From Patellaria atrata CBS 101060 (Eukaryota), in the NCBI GenBank assembly GCA_010093705.1, contig MU006090.1, positions 2,038,022 through 2,102,021 on the forward strand: a DNA stretch of 64,000 bases, written 5' to 3'. The stretch's first letter is position 1; the number at the start of each line of letters is the position of its first letter. The notes below the pieces were generated by a model, which did not search any database, had not been told where the DNA came from, and worked only from the letters and a program-made list of their open reading frames with translations. The translations under genes and the position numbers were made by a program. Positions 52,444 to 64,000 of the stretch are shown one piece after another.

Positions 52444-53470
52444 ATGCGGAATGCGCATCAATTACTGTATAATTCAATCCCCCCAATTTCGGTTCTAATG
52501 TGTATTTTCCTGGCGATTCCGGTGGACCTGGGACAACCCTTTTTCCAGTTCATACCCAACCCTGTGTTTTGCCTGCTCTTTTCTTAATGCTACATACCCC
52601 TTTCTGCGTTTTCACATGGGAACTACTGCAATGTCCGTTATGTCCATAAAGGGAAACCAAACACATATCATGGCGCTTTTGCAATGGGGAAATGCATTTG
52701 CTTCCTTTCGTTCGTTGTAGCTTGTTTTGACCCTTGGTCTTTCACATTATGGAGAGTCAAGCTGTCGAATCCCCCCTTTCTCACCATTCAACCTTTCCAC
52801 GACTTTTACGGCTTCTTTCTGTACGTTTTTCTAGATGATGGAGGAAGTACATAATACTGCGAAGGGAGATGCTCCGGTGATTGAGAAATAGGTTACTCAG
52901 TCTTTTCTACCATGATGTAGAGGGTTGATGGGGGTTTACTGTTTGTATCTTATGGGCTTTTCGCTTTTATTTCTTGGTGTCCGAGCTTGTCGGTCTTTTA
53001 GCTTGATGACCCTACAGCAAACCTTCCGCTGTACAAAATTCAAAGTAGGAATCTATGCTTCTAAGTTCCCTTCATGCCAGGTCTTCCTCCGTGTCTGCGT
53101 GATGACCACAATTATGTGTTACCGTGGGAATGTAGTCTGCGTAGGATCTAACCCTGGGATATTAGTTTCATGAGCATAATAAAATAGAGGCTTCAACCAT
53201 TGCTACTGCAGAACATGGGGGAGAGATTTGTGGAGGCATCTGGCATCCTTAGACCAGACGAAATGAGATCGGATTCGGAGCCGCAGAATACTTCGGAGCC
53301 ATCACCCAAATGAATGCAGGGTCACAAAATACGCATGTGAAAGTACCATAGTTCCCACATGCTATCTCAACATCATGGAATACAAACCTATACCCACATC
53401 TACTCCATACAAAATATGTTTGGAGAGTCTCTTAGCAAGTTTCTCTAATGGGTAGTGAAAGTCTTACACG

Positions 53471-55338
53471 ATGCCTGTGCAGTACAGCGCCTTCGGTGTC
53501 CTGAAATCCGTCTTCAACCTCTTCATCGAGATTGCTTTCTTCTGGCAGCTGGTACTTAGCGCTTCTATGTTCGAATCATCTAAGCTAGATACTGACTGTG
53601 ATTAGAGATTGTACGCATGGTGGACCAAACCCAAACCTCGAGATGCCTTACTCGAAACTCTAGCCGATGCTCGCATATTTGAAGAATGGGAAGGCGCCGC
53701 CTTTCAATTGGATGAAGTGATTGGATATGATCTATGGTAGGAGGATCCCAATACAACAGAGAACTGTGGAAACTCATAGTTACTAAGGCGTCAAAACCCA
53801 ACGAGTAAGCACTACGACTACCGCCTTATATACGAACGCCTACAAGCTATCATCGAGGCTCGAGAGGAAGACGATATCCTTAGTCTTGTAAACCTCTTAC
53901 GTTCAGGGCTCGTACGTAATTTAGGGAACATCACTGCACCATGTCTCTTTAATCGCGCGTACGCGGGCACCAAGCTCCTGATCGAGGATTATATAACGCA
54001 ACTGGCGCTCGCTGTCGAATTTGTCACATCGTATCCTACTTCTCCGGGTTTGGATACCGGCTTGACCAACCAAGCAAAACTAGACGTTCTACATGACACA
54101 CGACAAGCGTTTGGGAGGTCTGCGCTTGTGTTGCAAGGAGGGTCAATATTCGGGCTTTGTCATCTCGGTGTTGTGAAGGCTTTACATCTTAGGGGACTGC
54201 TACCGCGTATCATTTCTGGAACAGCAACTGGAGCGTTGATTGCAGCCCTCGTCGGCACACATACGGAAGACGAGCTTGTCGACATCTTGACCGGTGATGC
54301 TATTGATCTTACCGCGTTTTCAAAGCATACAAACAAAGAAGGTGAAGACGGCCTCTTTGCGACTCTTATCCGGCGCACGAGACGATTTCTACGGGAAGGT
54401 TACTTTCTAGATGCCCGTGTTCTAGAGAAATGTGTAAAAGCAAATATAGGGAACATCACATTTGAAGAGGCCTACTTGAAGACAAAGAAAGTTTTGAACA
54501 TAACTGTTTCTACTCCTCGGGGAGATAGTGTTCCGAGATTGTTGAATTATTTGACAGCGCCAAACGTTGTATGTGACATTTATCAAGTTATTCACTATGT
54601 TACTAACGTTATTCTTAGCTCATCTGGTCCGCGGCTCTTGCCTCTAACGCTTCGTCATCCCTTTACTCTCCTACCTTCCTATATGCAAAAGATCCAACAA
54701 CAGATGAAATAGTCCCATGGGCTCTCGCACAAGAAACAACTTTCCAGCACTGCGCTGAGACCAAGTATGATGACCGGGATTCCCCCCTGACACGTATAGC
54801 AGAGCTCTTTAACGTGAACCATTTCATTGTTAGTCAAGCACGACCGTATATCGCCCCTTTTTTGAGAAGTGATCTACATCATCCAAACCCCGGACACGCT
54901 GGAGTTGGAGGATGGTCCCTACCACTACTTCGACTCGTAATGCTGGAGTTACAACATCGACTACTGCAGCTCGATACACTTGGGTGGTTACCGTCTGGAG
55001 TACGTCGGTTTCTACTAGACGAATATATCCCTGGTGCTAGTTTGACTTTGGTACCGGAGATAACGCCCCGCGATTTCGTGCGTCTTCTAGAGAAACCGAC
55101 ACCGGCGAGTATAGAGTACTGGATCTTACGAGGGGAAAGAAGTGTGTGGCCGGCCGTTGGGGCGTTGAAGGTGAGATGTGCGGTTGAGGTGGAACTAGAT
55201 AGGGGATATCAGCTCGTGAGACGGAGGAAGCCTTTTGACCCTGTGTCTGCTAGTGGACCAAGCTTAAAGAAAAGTGGGAGTATAAGCTCTAAGAGGAGGA
55301 AGAGGGCGGCAAGCTTTGGAGGACAGAATTTAGGATGA
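53471..55338 (+). CDS. Patatin-like phospholipase domain protein (Tgl3-like)
   Basis: FEEWEGAAFQLD...YDYRLI...RSGLVRNLGNI N-terminal region, FGRSALVLQGG, LLPRIISGTATG, LLNYLTAPNV, NVNHFIVSQARPY. Three introns. Confidence 0.92.
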
Positions 55339-55782
55339 CCATTATCCAACTCTACCCCTTTAGCAGGATAGTGGAAAAGAGAACCATGACCTCAGGTCAT
55401 GATCAAAGTACTAGGTACAGTTCTATAGTGATTCTGCAATATGCGAACATCTTTCTATAAAATACATAAGCGTCGTTCATTGAAATTCCTTCCATACCAC
55501 ATCAGAAATTCTAGTAGTTACTTTGGTCCCGTATACTATGCTGCAAACTAGTTTGAAACTCGTACCAAAGCATATGCAAGGCATATACAATGACCCAGAC
55601 GTTGAACGAAAAATGTCAGGATTACCTAATCGGGAACTTTGGAATCTGGTGCTTAAAAGCAAACAGACCAAATAACCCACACTCGCCAAATTTCAAAGAA
55701 CTCTTGGCGTATCCCGACCCCGAAATGCTTTCATGATAAACCCTCGAGAAAAAACTATCATATTTTGAGAGCGCGTAACAGT

Positions 55783-56982
55783 ATGGCCGACTTTAAGGAA
55801 TCTCCGCTCAAAGCGGTTCAGATTGAGGCTCTGGTATTTCCACAGTTTGTCCCATCTTGATATCTACACTTTAGCTAACCTTATACAGGTGGTTATGAAA
55901 ATTATTAAACACAGCTCACAAACGTTTCCCACAGTAGCAACTGGCTCTTTGGTTGGTATGGATGTAAACGGGACTCTTCAAATTACGAATACCTTCCCGT
56001 TTCCTACAGTGGACGTCCCAGCAACAGATGGCCACCAGGACACTGCGGCGAATCTCGCCGCCGCTGCACCCCGCGCTAAAGCAAATATTGTATACCAAAA
56101 TGAGATGATCAGATGTTTAAGGGAGGTCAATGTGGACGCGAACAATGTCGGATGGTACACAAGTACGAGCATGGGTAACTTCGTCAATGCGAATACCATC
56201 GAGAATCAGTTCTTTTACCAGAAAGAAATGAATGAGCGAACAGTAGCGCTAGTACACGATGTCAGCAGAAGTGTACAGGGCAGCTTGAATGTCAGGGCAT
56301 ATAGACTATCTCCGAGTTTCATGATCTCGTACAAGGAGAACAAATTCACCACCGACAGGTAAGGGCGATTCCTGAATCTTCGGTTGGGGGAAGCTAACAT
56401 TACAATAGTCTTCAGAAGTCCGGCCTCAGGTATCAGGATATTTTCGTCGAGCTTCCGCTGACGGTGCACAATTCTCATATCTTGACATCGCTTCTGCATC
56501 AACTTCCAACAAGTCCACCAAAGGAGGAGCTACAGTTCCCTCCCAGTCTTGCAGCCCTAAAACAAGACCCGAACGCTCCCAGAAATCCTCTTGCACCAAA
56601 CTTCGAGTCGCTCGACCTTTCTATCGATCCGTTCTTAGAGAAATCATGCGACCTACTCCTTGAAAGCATCGAGAACCACCATACCGAACTCAACAATCAC
56701 CAGTACTACCAACGCTCCCTTGCACGCGAACAGACGAAGATATCTGCGTGGCAATCTAAACGGAAGTCTGAAAACGTCTCGCGCGCCGCTGCTAAGCAAC
56801 CGCTGTTACCTGAGGATGAATGGCAACGGTTATTCAAGCTTCCTCAGGAACCGAGCAGGCTGGAGCTACTCTTAAACTCGAGACAGGTGGAACAGTATGC
56901 GAGGCAAGTTGATGGGTTTACGGCAGGAGTTAGCGGGAAGATGTTCGCTGTGAAGAGCAATCTTCTCCCTAATGAGGGATAG
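55783..56982 (+). CDS. Translation initiation factor eIF3 subunit H
   Basis: [17 protein letters not shown] domain, [27 protein letters not shown]...[20 protein letters not shown]. Two introns. Confidence 0.95.
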
Positions 56983-57371
56983 TTTTTGTGCGGCGAGGTC
57001 GAGTAGAGTTTTCATGCATAGATTCGGCGTTTAGGCGCATTCAAGACTCGTTCATGAGGATCATGAGTAACTGTATGTGAATCCAGACGATTTAAAAGTA
57101 CAAATCTGTGTACATGTCTTATGTGAAGGCTTCCCCTTAGTTCTCTTCAGGGTAGTAGTGGTAAAGGATGTCATCTGGGCAACCGTACCCTACATGTGAA
57201 GTCAGAACCCCACCACCAGCTACTGTACTATGCCACGAGTAAACAATCCAAACCCAAGAAATTTCTAGAGACACTGCTCACCTCACCTCCAAACACTAAC
57301 ATCTTCCTCAATAACTCACGGATAATTAAACCTTGGTCTCTGAGCTTCGAAGCTCGACACAATCTTCCATC

Positions 57372-58658
57372 ATGGTAAATCCTCCCACTGCCCTCTGATC
57401 CTAATACAACTAACTAGACGCAGGCGGACCCAAATATTTCAAAGAAGCGTCTTGCACTTGCAATCCTCGACTTTTTGTCTTCATCTGTCAAGGATGGTAC
57501 AGTGAATGCTGAAGACGCCGAGTCCATGGAGATCGCCAGCAACTGCATCGCTGAAGCCTTCAAAGTCGATCCTAACGACAAAGCTGCTTTAACCGACGCC
57601 GTCGGAACCCAGAATCTACTCACAATTTATGGCGTATACGAGAAGCTAAAAGGGAAAGGTACAAGTCCGGTTCAAGCCTCAAAAGCTCCGACAGGTCCTA
57701 ATGCTGGCTCTTCGACCGCGGCCTCAGAGAAGGAGTTCAAAGAAAAGGCTGAGAATCTAAAGGGGCTTGGGAACGCAGCGATGCAGAAGAAAGATTATAA
57801 AACTGCTATCGATTTCTACACCCAAGCACTCGACTTGGTACCCTTAAACCCCATTTTCCTGTCGAACCGCGCGGCAGCCTACAGCGGTGCGCTCCAGCAT
57901 GAAGAGGCGAAACAAGATGCGGAGATGGCAGTCGCGGCAGATCCAAAATACACCAAAGCATGGAGCCGGCTGGGCCTCGCCAAATTTGCCCTTGGTGACG
58001 CGAAGGGGGCGATGGATGCGTATAAACAAGGCATCGACGCCGAAGGCAACGGTGGCAGCGAAGCGATGAAAAGGGGGTATGAGATGGCCAAACGCCGCGT
58101 CGAAGAAGAGGGCGGTAGCGCCGAAGATGTCGATGACATCGCACCCAGTACCAGAGGCGGGCCCGGTGCAGGCGGCATGCCGGACCTCGCTAATTTGGCT
58201 AGTATGTTAGGAGGCGGTGGGGCTGGGACTGGGGCTGGAGCAGGCGCACCCGGAGGCGGCGGCGCTGGTGCAGGTGGCATGCCGGATCTTGCGGGTTTGG
58301 CTAGTATGCTTGGAGGCGGTGGTGGTGGTGGAGGCATGCCGGATATTGCGCAGATGATGCAGAATCCGATGATGAGGCAGATGGCCCAGAATCTGATGAG
58401 CAATCCGGATGCGTTGAATAACATCTTGCAGAATCCGAGGATGAGGGAGATGGCGGAACGGTTTGGTGGAGGTGCTGGTGCTGGTGCTGGTGCTGGGAGA
58501 GGCGCCGGGGGTGGTGGAATGCCAGACTTGTCGAGTCTGATGAATGATCCCAGCATTGCAGATCTGTAAGTCCTCCTTTCTAATATCGAAGAGTTAGGGT
58601 CACTAACGAATTTGTCAGGGCGAGGAACTTCATGGGAGGTGCTGGAAGAGGCCAATGA
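57372..58658 (+). CDS. SGT2: TPR co-chaperone Sgt2 (GET pathway)
   Basis: KKRLALAILDFL...ESMEIASNCIAEAF dimerisation domain, three TPRs (AENLKGLGN, SNRAAAY, KAWSRLG), M/Q/G-rich C-terminus. The first coding exon is ATG only. Confidence 0.95.
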
Positions 58659-58945
58659 TGACACTGCTATGAGGACTTTCTACCAGAGATGATATTTGCT
58701 TAGTGCGTAAACATAGACGATACCAAAATATGACTCGTACTCTATAGTATCTTGTGAGAGCTATATTGTGAGCCCTTTGACCTTGGACCTCTCCTCTCAG
58801 CCATCCGATTTTTGTCTATGAAGTTCCCATATTCCGAGCGAGTGCTGAAGCTTCTCTTCTCGATTTTACGTTCAGCATACAAGTTGCTCTTCTAAGGGAT
58901 ATTTTGTTCAGATATCACCCGAATGCCCGCCGATCCTACACCCAC

Positions 58946-59724
58946 TCAATCCAAGCCCAGGTTCCACAGCCCGTCCCCCAGGTAGTGTCCCTGATCGATA
59001 GCCACCCCCTTCTTCTTCTCCTTCATCTCCCGCGTCCCCATCTTCAGCACACCAACCATACACGCATTCTCTTTCCCCTCCGCCTCAACTACCACCACAC
59101 TCCCAGGCTCCAAATCACTCTTCCCATAGTCATAATCGTCCCCCGCGCTCGGGTCTGGGAGCCGGCCACCAGGGGAAGTGAGACCCGGGGCCATGAGCGA
59201 GGCGCCGGAGAGCACGAAGCGGATGGCGCCCCGATCTATCCGGATGCGCGGGAAGCAGTGAGGGTACCGATGAATGAGGGTTAGGTGGGGTAGAAGGGGG
59301 TCGTCCATGTGTTGGTAGAAGAGGGGTTGCGGGGGGAGGGTGTAAAGAGATACGCGATCGGGCCTGGTAGGGGGTTAGTGTTACATTTCACTCTCCCTTC
59401 CAACGATAGTGAACATGATAGCTCCCAGTTTATGTTTACCCAGCTTCCGAGTTGAATGGTGACGGTGTTTGGGAGAGGAGGAAAAGGAGTATAGAAAAGA
59501 AAAAGGCTAAAGACTCACAGCTTCACGAGATCCAATTGCTCCTTCTTGGGCATGATCTCGTCGATGTAAGGTTCGAGGAGGGGATATGTCTCGAGGACTT
59601 TGGCGCGGATCCCGCGCTGGACGGAGGATTTGACTTTCGTCTTTGAGCCGGCTGATATGCTTCTTTCTGTTAGTGACTCGGAAATGTCGATTGTCGTTAG
59701 AGAAGCTCACTCTTTCTTAAACAT
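58946..59724 (-). CDS. TMA20: Translation machinery-associated protein Tma20/MCT-1 (PUA domain)
   Basis: MFKKD...KVKSSVQRGIRAK...PKKEQLDLVKL...LPHLTLIHRYP...DRGAIRFVLSGASLMAPGLTSPGG...HYLGDGLW. Two introns. Confidence 0.95.
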
Positions 59725-61237
59725 GGTGGGTGATGCTGAAGTTGTTATGCTTGAGCTATGATTCTTATGAGGTGGGTTTCTGTATGATTTTTTGAGGGCA
59801 GATTGCCCCACTTTAGGTTGCCCCGCGCTTTAGTAGGCTCAGAGCTTCGGGGAGCCAAATTTGACCTCACCTCTCTCCTTTACTATACTCCATATTTCGA
59901 TGAGAAACCAAGGGAGAAGCCAGTATCATAGATATAAGGCGGATAATATTCAATCTACAACTCATTGACCCGGAAAATAGGAAAAGAGGGAAATTGCGAA
60001 AGTATATCCTTCATCCCAATAAGGAACCTCGAGGGAGAGGAGCGAAGGACCTTTTGCTCCCGATAGGAGTCGAACGAGCAGTAACTATCGGCCCACTAGG
60101 TTATGAGAAGAAGACGCAGAATCGTTGTTCTTAACCTGTGTGCGCAAGGAACGTCTTAGGAAATGGTTTGAGCGGTTTGTCTCAGGTTCAACGGAAAGCT
60201 GAGGGCGAATAGTTCGTTGATAATCTCAATAACTGCTTTTCCATGGCTACCTTCATAGCCCGTAGCGTATATTACGTCGAACAGCAACACAATCTTTCCG
60301 TTTTGGTTTACTATCATATCATTGTATCCTTCAACAATCATGATCTTACAGCAAACATTCCACGTAATTTATATATACTTCTGGGTTGCGCTATGATCAT
60401 GATTCTACTATCACATATACTCATTTTCATAAACTGAAATATTGTGCCGATGTTTATTCTTTCGGGTTTCTAATGACCCATCGTCAGCCACGCTCAACCA
60501 TCTTCGCGAGCATATGTCCCGTTTGCTATTTTAGAGTTTTCCTTTGGCCTATTAATTCCTATGTCTATATAATTTTCGGCATCTTGATATTGGTCGCCCA
60601 ACGTAATAGGTGACAACTAAGACCGAATCGGAAAAGAAAGACACAATATATGCATAGAGTACTGCAAATAATTCAGATCTAGCCGTGGAAAATATCCACT
60701 TTATCTCAAGAATTTATCAACTTTTTTTCAGGATTTGTCCCGGTCCTTCGATTCCCAGCTCTAAAAATCATAGCGTCCAAAGCAGATTCCCGTATAAGCC
60801 TACTATTCAATCTGAGTTTAGTGTATGATCACGCGATACCTTCCAAGCGTTCATCGCAAATAGCTTCCTCTACATAGAATGGAAAACCAGTTTGGAAAGT
60901 GTCCGTCATGCTATTCCAGTGTCTTACGGGTTTATACTTTTCTCAAGGCAGAGCTGGCCTTCAGTACCGCTGACGTCGTCTAAATGGGCTCAAGTAATCT
61001 GCTATATGCAAACTGTTGTCAGTTATTACCTCCAAGAAGCGGCCAGTTCACGATTATGGCCACATATGGTTGACGATACACGACACATGGCAGCCACATC
61101 TCTCTATTTTTTACGTTGTCTTCTCCGGGACCAAACTCTTCTTGGGCCCTTATTTCTTAAAAATACTTGCTCAAGAGCAGTTTTCGAACACTATCCTTCA
61201 TTCTTCATTATCTTAATCCTATTTACACTTCTTCGAT

Positions 61238-62110
61238 ATGTCGGAAAAGTCCAAGTTCATGCCTGAGACATCAGGTCATGAGACTGATAACTGGGATTCG
61301 ATGTCTTTGGCATCAGATTCCACAACCGCAAGCCCAGTCCCTCCGCCGTCGGGCATATGCCCCTATGGCATCACACGCCAGAATGTTTACACTAATCCAC
61401 CACCCCCTAGTAACAAATGGTTCGTGGAATCTAATATCCCGAGTTCAATAGTTATCTAATCTCTGAGTAGGGACCCTAAAGACCTAGTCCAGGTAATTGT
61501 TGGCCAGAGACGAGCAGCAGCATTCAACTTCCACCGGCCTCTTCTCGCCTCTAGCGCTCAGTTCTTCGATATGACTATAAACAGGTGTACCTGCGGCGCC
61601 AGGTGCCACGAGGCGATAAAGATTCCTTGGATTGAACCTGTGATTTTTTCCGAATTTATTTCATGGGTCTATGGATATGCCATTTTGCACTATGTCCCAG
61701 TGGATCAACAAAGCCTTACACTTTGTAAGCTCTGGGTTCTTGGTGCGCAGCTCAGATGCCTCCGGCTCCAGGATGATGTGATTTACTTCTTTGCGGAGAA
61801 TATCTCTGACCTTGTTCTTTTAAACCATGGCGACTTGCCGTTGCTTCCCGTGGAAACGATCCAGTACGTATACACGAACACCAATTATGGAAATGGCCTC
61901 AGAAGGTTCCTGGTGGATTATACACTCTACACGATGGATAAAGAGGTGTTTGAGCAGACTAATTTCAGGCACTACCACAAGGATTTCGAGATGGAGTTGG
62001 AGGTAAGGAATGCGGAGGTTCACCCGAAGGCGAGGCGCTGGGAGAAACTAGGCAAGTTGCTGGATGGCGAACATCTGCAGACTTATTTCGTGTGCAAGGA
62101 TCGAAGATGA
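61238..62110 (+). CDS. BTB/POZ domain protein
   Basis: After an intron at about 61422-61470: VQVIVG...FNFHRPLLASSAQFF...IKIPWIEPVIFSEFISWVY...LCKLWVLGAQL...LQD...IQYVYTNT...LRRFLVD. Confidence 0.8.
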
Positions 62111-62599
62111 AGGAGCCGCTTCTACATAGGGAAGTAACCCTCGTATTACGGTCTCGAGAGTGAATATCGGTGCTTGACCTTGGTGAGAAGATAGAAGAAG
62201 TTCTTGGATAGTCGCCCATGTGATACAATAATATCCTGTTACTAGACCTGTCACAGTTACCTGCGCATTACCACCACTGTTTCCACTCACTCCGCAGCAT
62301 TGGTCCCGTGACATTACATGTTTCTTATAGCGCACTACAAACCGCTCCTGATCTCCAACTCTTTATAAACGCTCAAGGAATCCACGACCAACCCAAGGAC
62401 ACTACCTCGCTCTTTTCCACCACTACTTACCTTACCTGAGAACATTTAGTACAAACAAGCAAATGTATTCAAACCAGTTGCTACGACCCTTCAGGTTTGG
62501 GCAATCCGCGCCTGAGCAATCGGTCATTATAAAAAGTGAATATCCAAAGTATGGATCCAATGCTCTCTTCCGCCAATCTTGAACCAGTACTAACCAACC

Positions 62600-63238
62600 A
62601 TGAGTTATCCATACAAGAGCCAAGTAATACACCTTCGAATCGGCCCCAACGCCATCCCCTTTCAAGTCCAACTCGGCACCCTCCGAGCCCAAAGCGGCTA
62701 CTTCAACGAACTTATCAGAATCAAACCAGAAGACTTCAACAACATCCTACACCTTGACTTCCTCGACCCCGAAGAGTTCTCTCAATTCGCGACATGGTTG
62801 TCCACTCATACATGCCCCGGCATCTCATTCTACGCCTCTTTCATCGAGATCGGCCGTGTCTGGCTGATCGGCGAGCGTATGGAAGCCCCGTCACTCCAAA
62901 ACCAGGCCATGGAGAGCTGGGTGCGAAAGTATATGCGCGATTGGCCTCCAGCTTGTATCGCGCAGGAGACTACGCTGTATCTGTATAGCCTGACAGAGCC
63001 GGGTTCGCCTTTGAGGAGTTTGATCGCGGATTGTCAGGCGCATAGTCTGTTACGTCAGGCGCCGGAGAGGGGATATTTGGAGCGGTATACTCCCGAGGAA
63101 GTGTTGGATATCTGTTTGGCGATGAGTAGAATTGCGACCTTTGGGAATTTCATGCATGAGTATGGGAGTCGCCATTTGCAGTTGGAGTTTGAGAATAATA
63201 TGCACAGGTATAGGGTCGGGTTTGGAAACGGGTCCTAG
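62600..63238 (+). CDS. BTB/POZ domain protein
   Basis: IHLRIG...FQVQLGTLRAQSGYF...LHLDFLDPEEFSQFATWL...VWLIGERMEAPSLQNQAM...LYSLTEPGSPLRSLIAD. Confidence 0.85.
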   Translation: MSYPYKSQVIHLRIGPNAIPFQVQLGTLRAQSGYFNELIRIKPEDFNNILHLDFLDPEEFSQFATWLSTHTCPGISFYASFIEIGRVWLIGERMEAPSLQNQAMESWVRKYMRDWPPACIAQETTLYLYSLTEPGSPLRSLIADCQAHSLLRQAPERGYLERYTPEEVLDICLAMSRIATFGNFMHEYGSRHLQLEFENNMHRYRVGFGNGS

Positions 63239-63570
63239 GTAGATCGGTTGGAGACGGTGGCTGATGGTTACACGCTGGAGTGCGGGATTCCGGTACCGTT
63301 TATATTACTGTACGATACGTTACTCGGGATGGTTTTCAGTTCGGAACTCTAGCAATGTGCTAGATTCTTGCGGAATTGGCTTTACTTTACCATGGCTAAG
63401 GGATTCGCAATAGAAAATCGTACTCACCATAAGCATACTTCCCTGCGATGATACTTCAACATAATACAAACTGTACAATGAGGACAGCAAGTCGCGTAGA
63501 ATTCTGTGGAATTGCCCTCGCTGATTGGAATTCTCATATAATTTGACTTTGAATTATAGGAAGAATTATG

Positions 63571-64000
63571 CTACTTCTGCCGAGCTTTCTTTCGCTTTTT
63601 GAACACAATCCCTTCTGATGGAGCACCCTTCGCTTCTGTGGCATCAACCATATCATCAGTGGGCATTAATCTCGGGGCCTTAATACCTATATCCTCTTCT
63701 ACCGGTTCAGTTTTTAATATGGATGAGGATTCCGCTAGTTCAAGCTCGGGTACGGGCTTCGTGTTTTTCTCCGTACTCGAAGGTGTGCGTCCAATGTCCA
63801 GTAAAGCATCCAGATCGTCCTCTTCGCCCTTAGAATGTGGATATGACTTGAATGATCTACCCCACATCTTCCTCTTCTCGGTGATCGCAACATCCTCTTC
63901 CTCCTCATCGCCGCCTAACTTTCGTTTGTGTACTCCAATGTTTTGTAAGGCAGGCTTGACGTCTTCATCCTCCTGCTTCTTAACCCCCTGGGAACCTATT
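63571..64000 (-). CDS. 3' end of a gene, possibly a WBP4/FBP21-like U1 zinc-finger protein; truncated by the window edge
   Basis: Open frame to the window edge: ...RKMWGRSFKSYP...DDLDALL...GIVFKKRKKARQK*. The VFKKRK tail resembles that family. Confidence 0.55.
   Translation of the reverse strand, partial: IGSQGVKKQEDEDVKPALQNIGVHKRKLGGDEEEEDVAITEKRKMWGRSFKSYPHSKGEEDDLDALLDIGRTPSSTEKNTKPVPELELAESSSILKTEPVEEDIGIKAPRLMPTDDMVDATEAKGAPSEGIVFKKRKKARQK

Noticed and set aside
57879..58664. 261-aa antisense ORF over SGT2
   Set aside because: Shadow ORF of GC-rich Gly/Ala codons with a low-complexity Pro/Ala translation. The same applies to antisense ORFs over TIM44, PRP5 and the kinesin.
59365..59517. 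Possible structured RNA in the 150-nt TMA20 intron (CTCTCCC...GGGAGAG pairing)
   Set aside because: No convincing C/D or H/ACA boxes; the pairing comes from low-complexity purine/pyrimidine tracts.

Overview
Gene-dense, intron-containing eukaryotic DNA from a filamentous ascomycete (Pezizomycotina; short GT-AG introns with CTRAC branch points). About 25 protein genes, mostly housekeeping: DPB4, ERB1, PRP5, mitochondrial rhomboid, TIM44, uS11m, a PPPDE peptidase, OLA1, a kinesin-4, a Tgl3-like patatin protein, eIF3h, SGT2 and TMA20. There are also bHLH and C2H2 transcription factors, two BTB genes and several hypotheticals. The most interesting observations are: (1) a WRKY/FAR1/AFT-like zinc-ribbon gene that can be spliced in frame onto a downstream omega-like GST, which also has its own ATG inside that intron; (2) a 533-bp Mutator-type non-autonomous element with a 9-bp TSD and a one-sided CpA-to-TpA (RIP-like) footprint; (3) an intronic box C/D snoRNA (snR69-like) in OLA1; (4) a candidate Pol III structured ncRNA; (5) a decayed 18-nt/hexapeptide-repeat gene and other gene fossils. 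All gene identities come from recognising motifs by eye, not from database searches. Exon boundaries are manual estimates.
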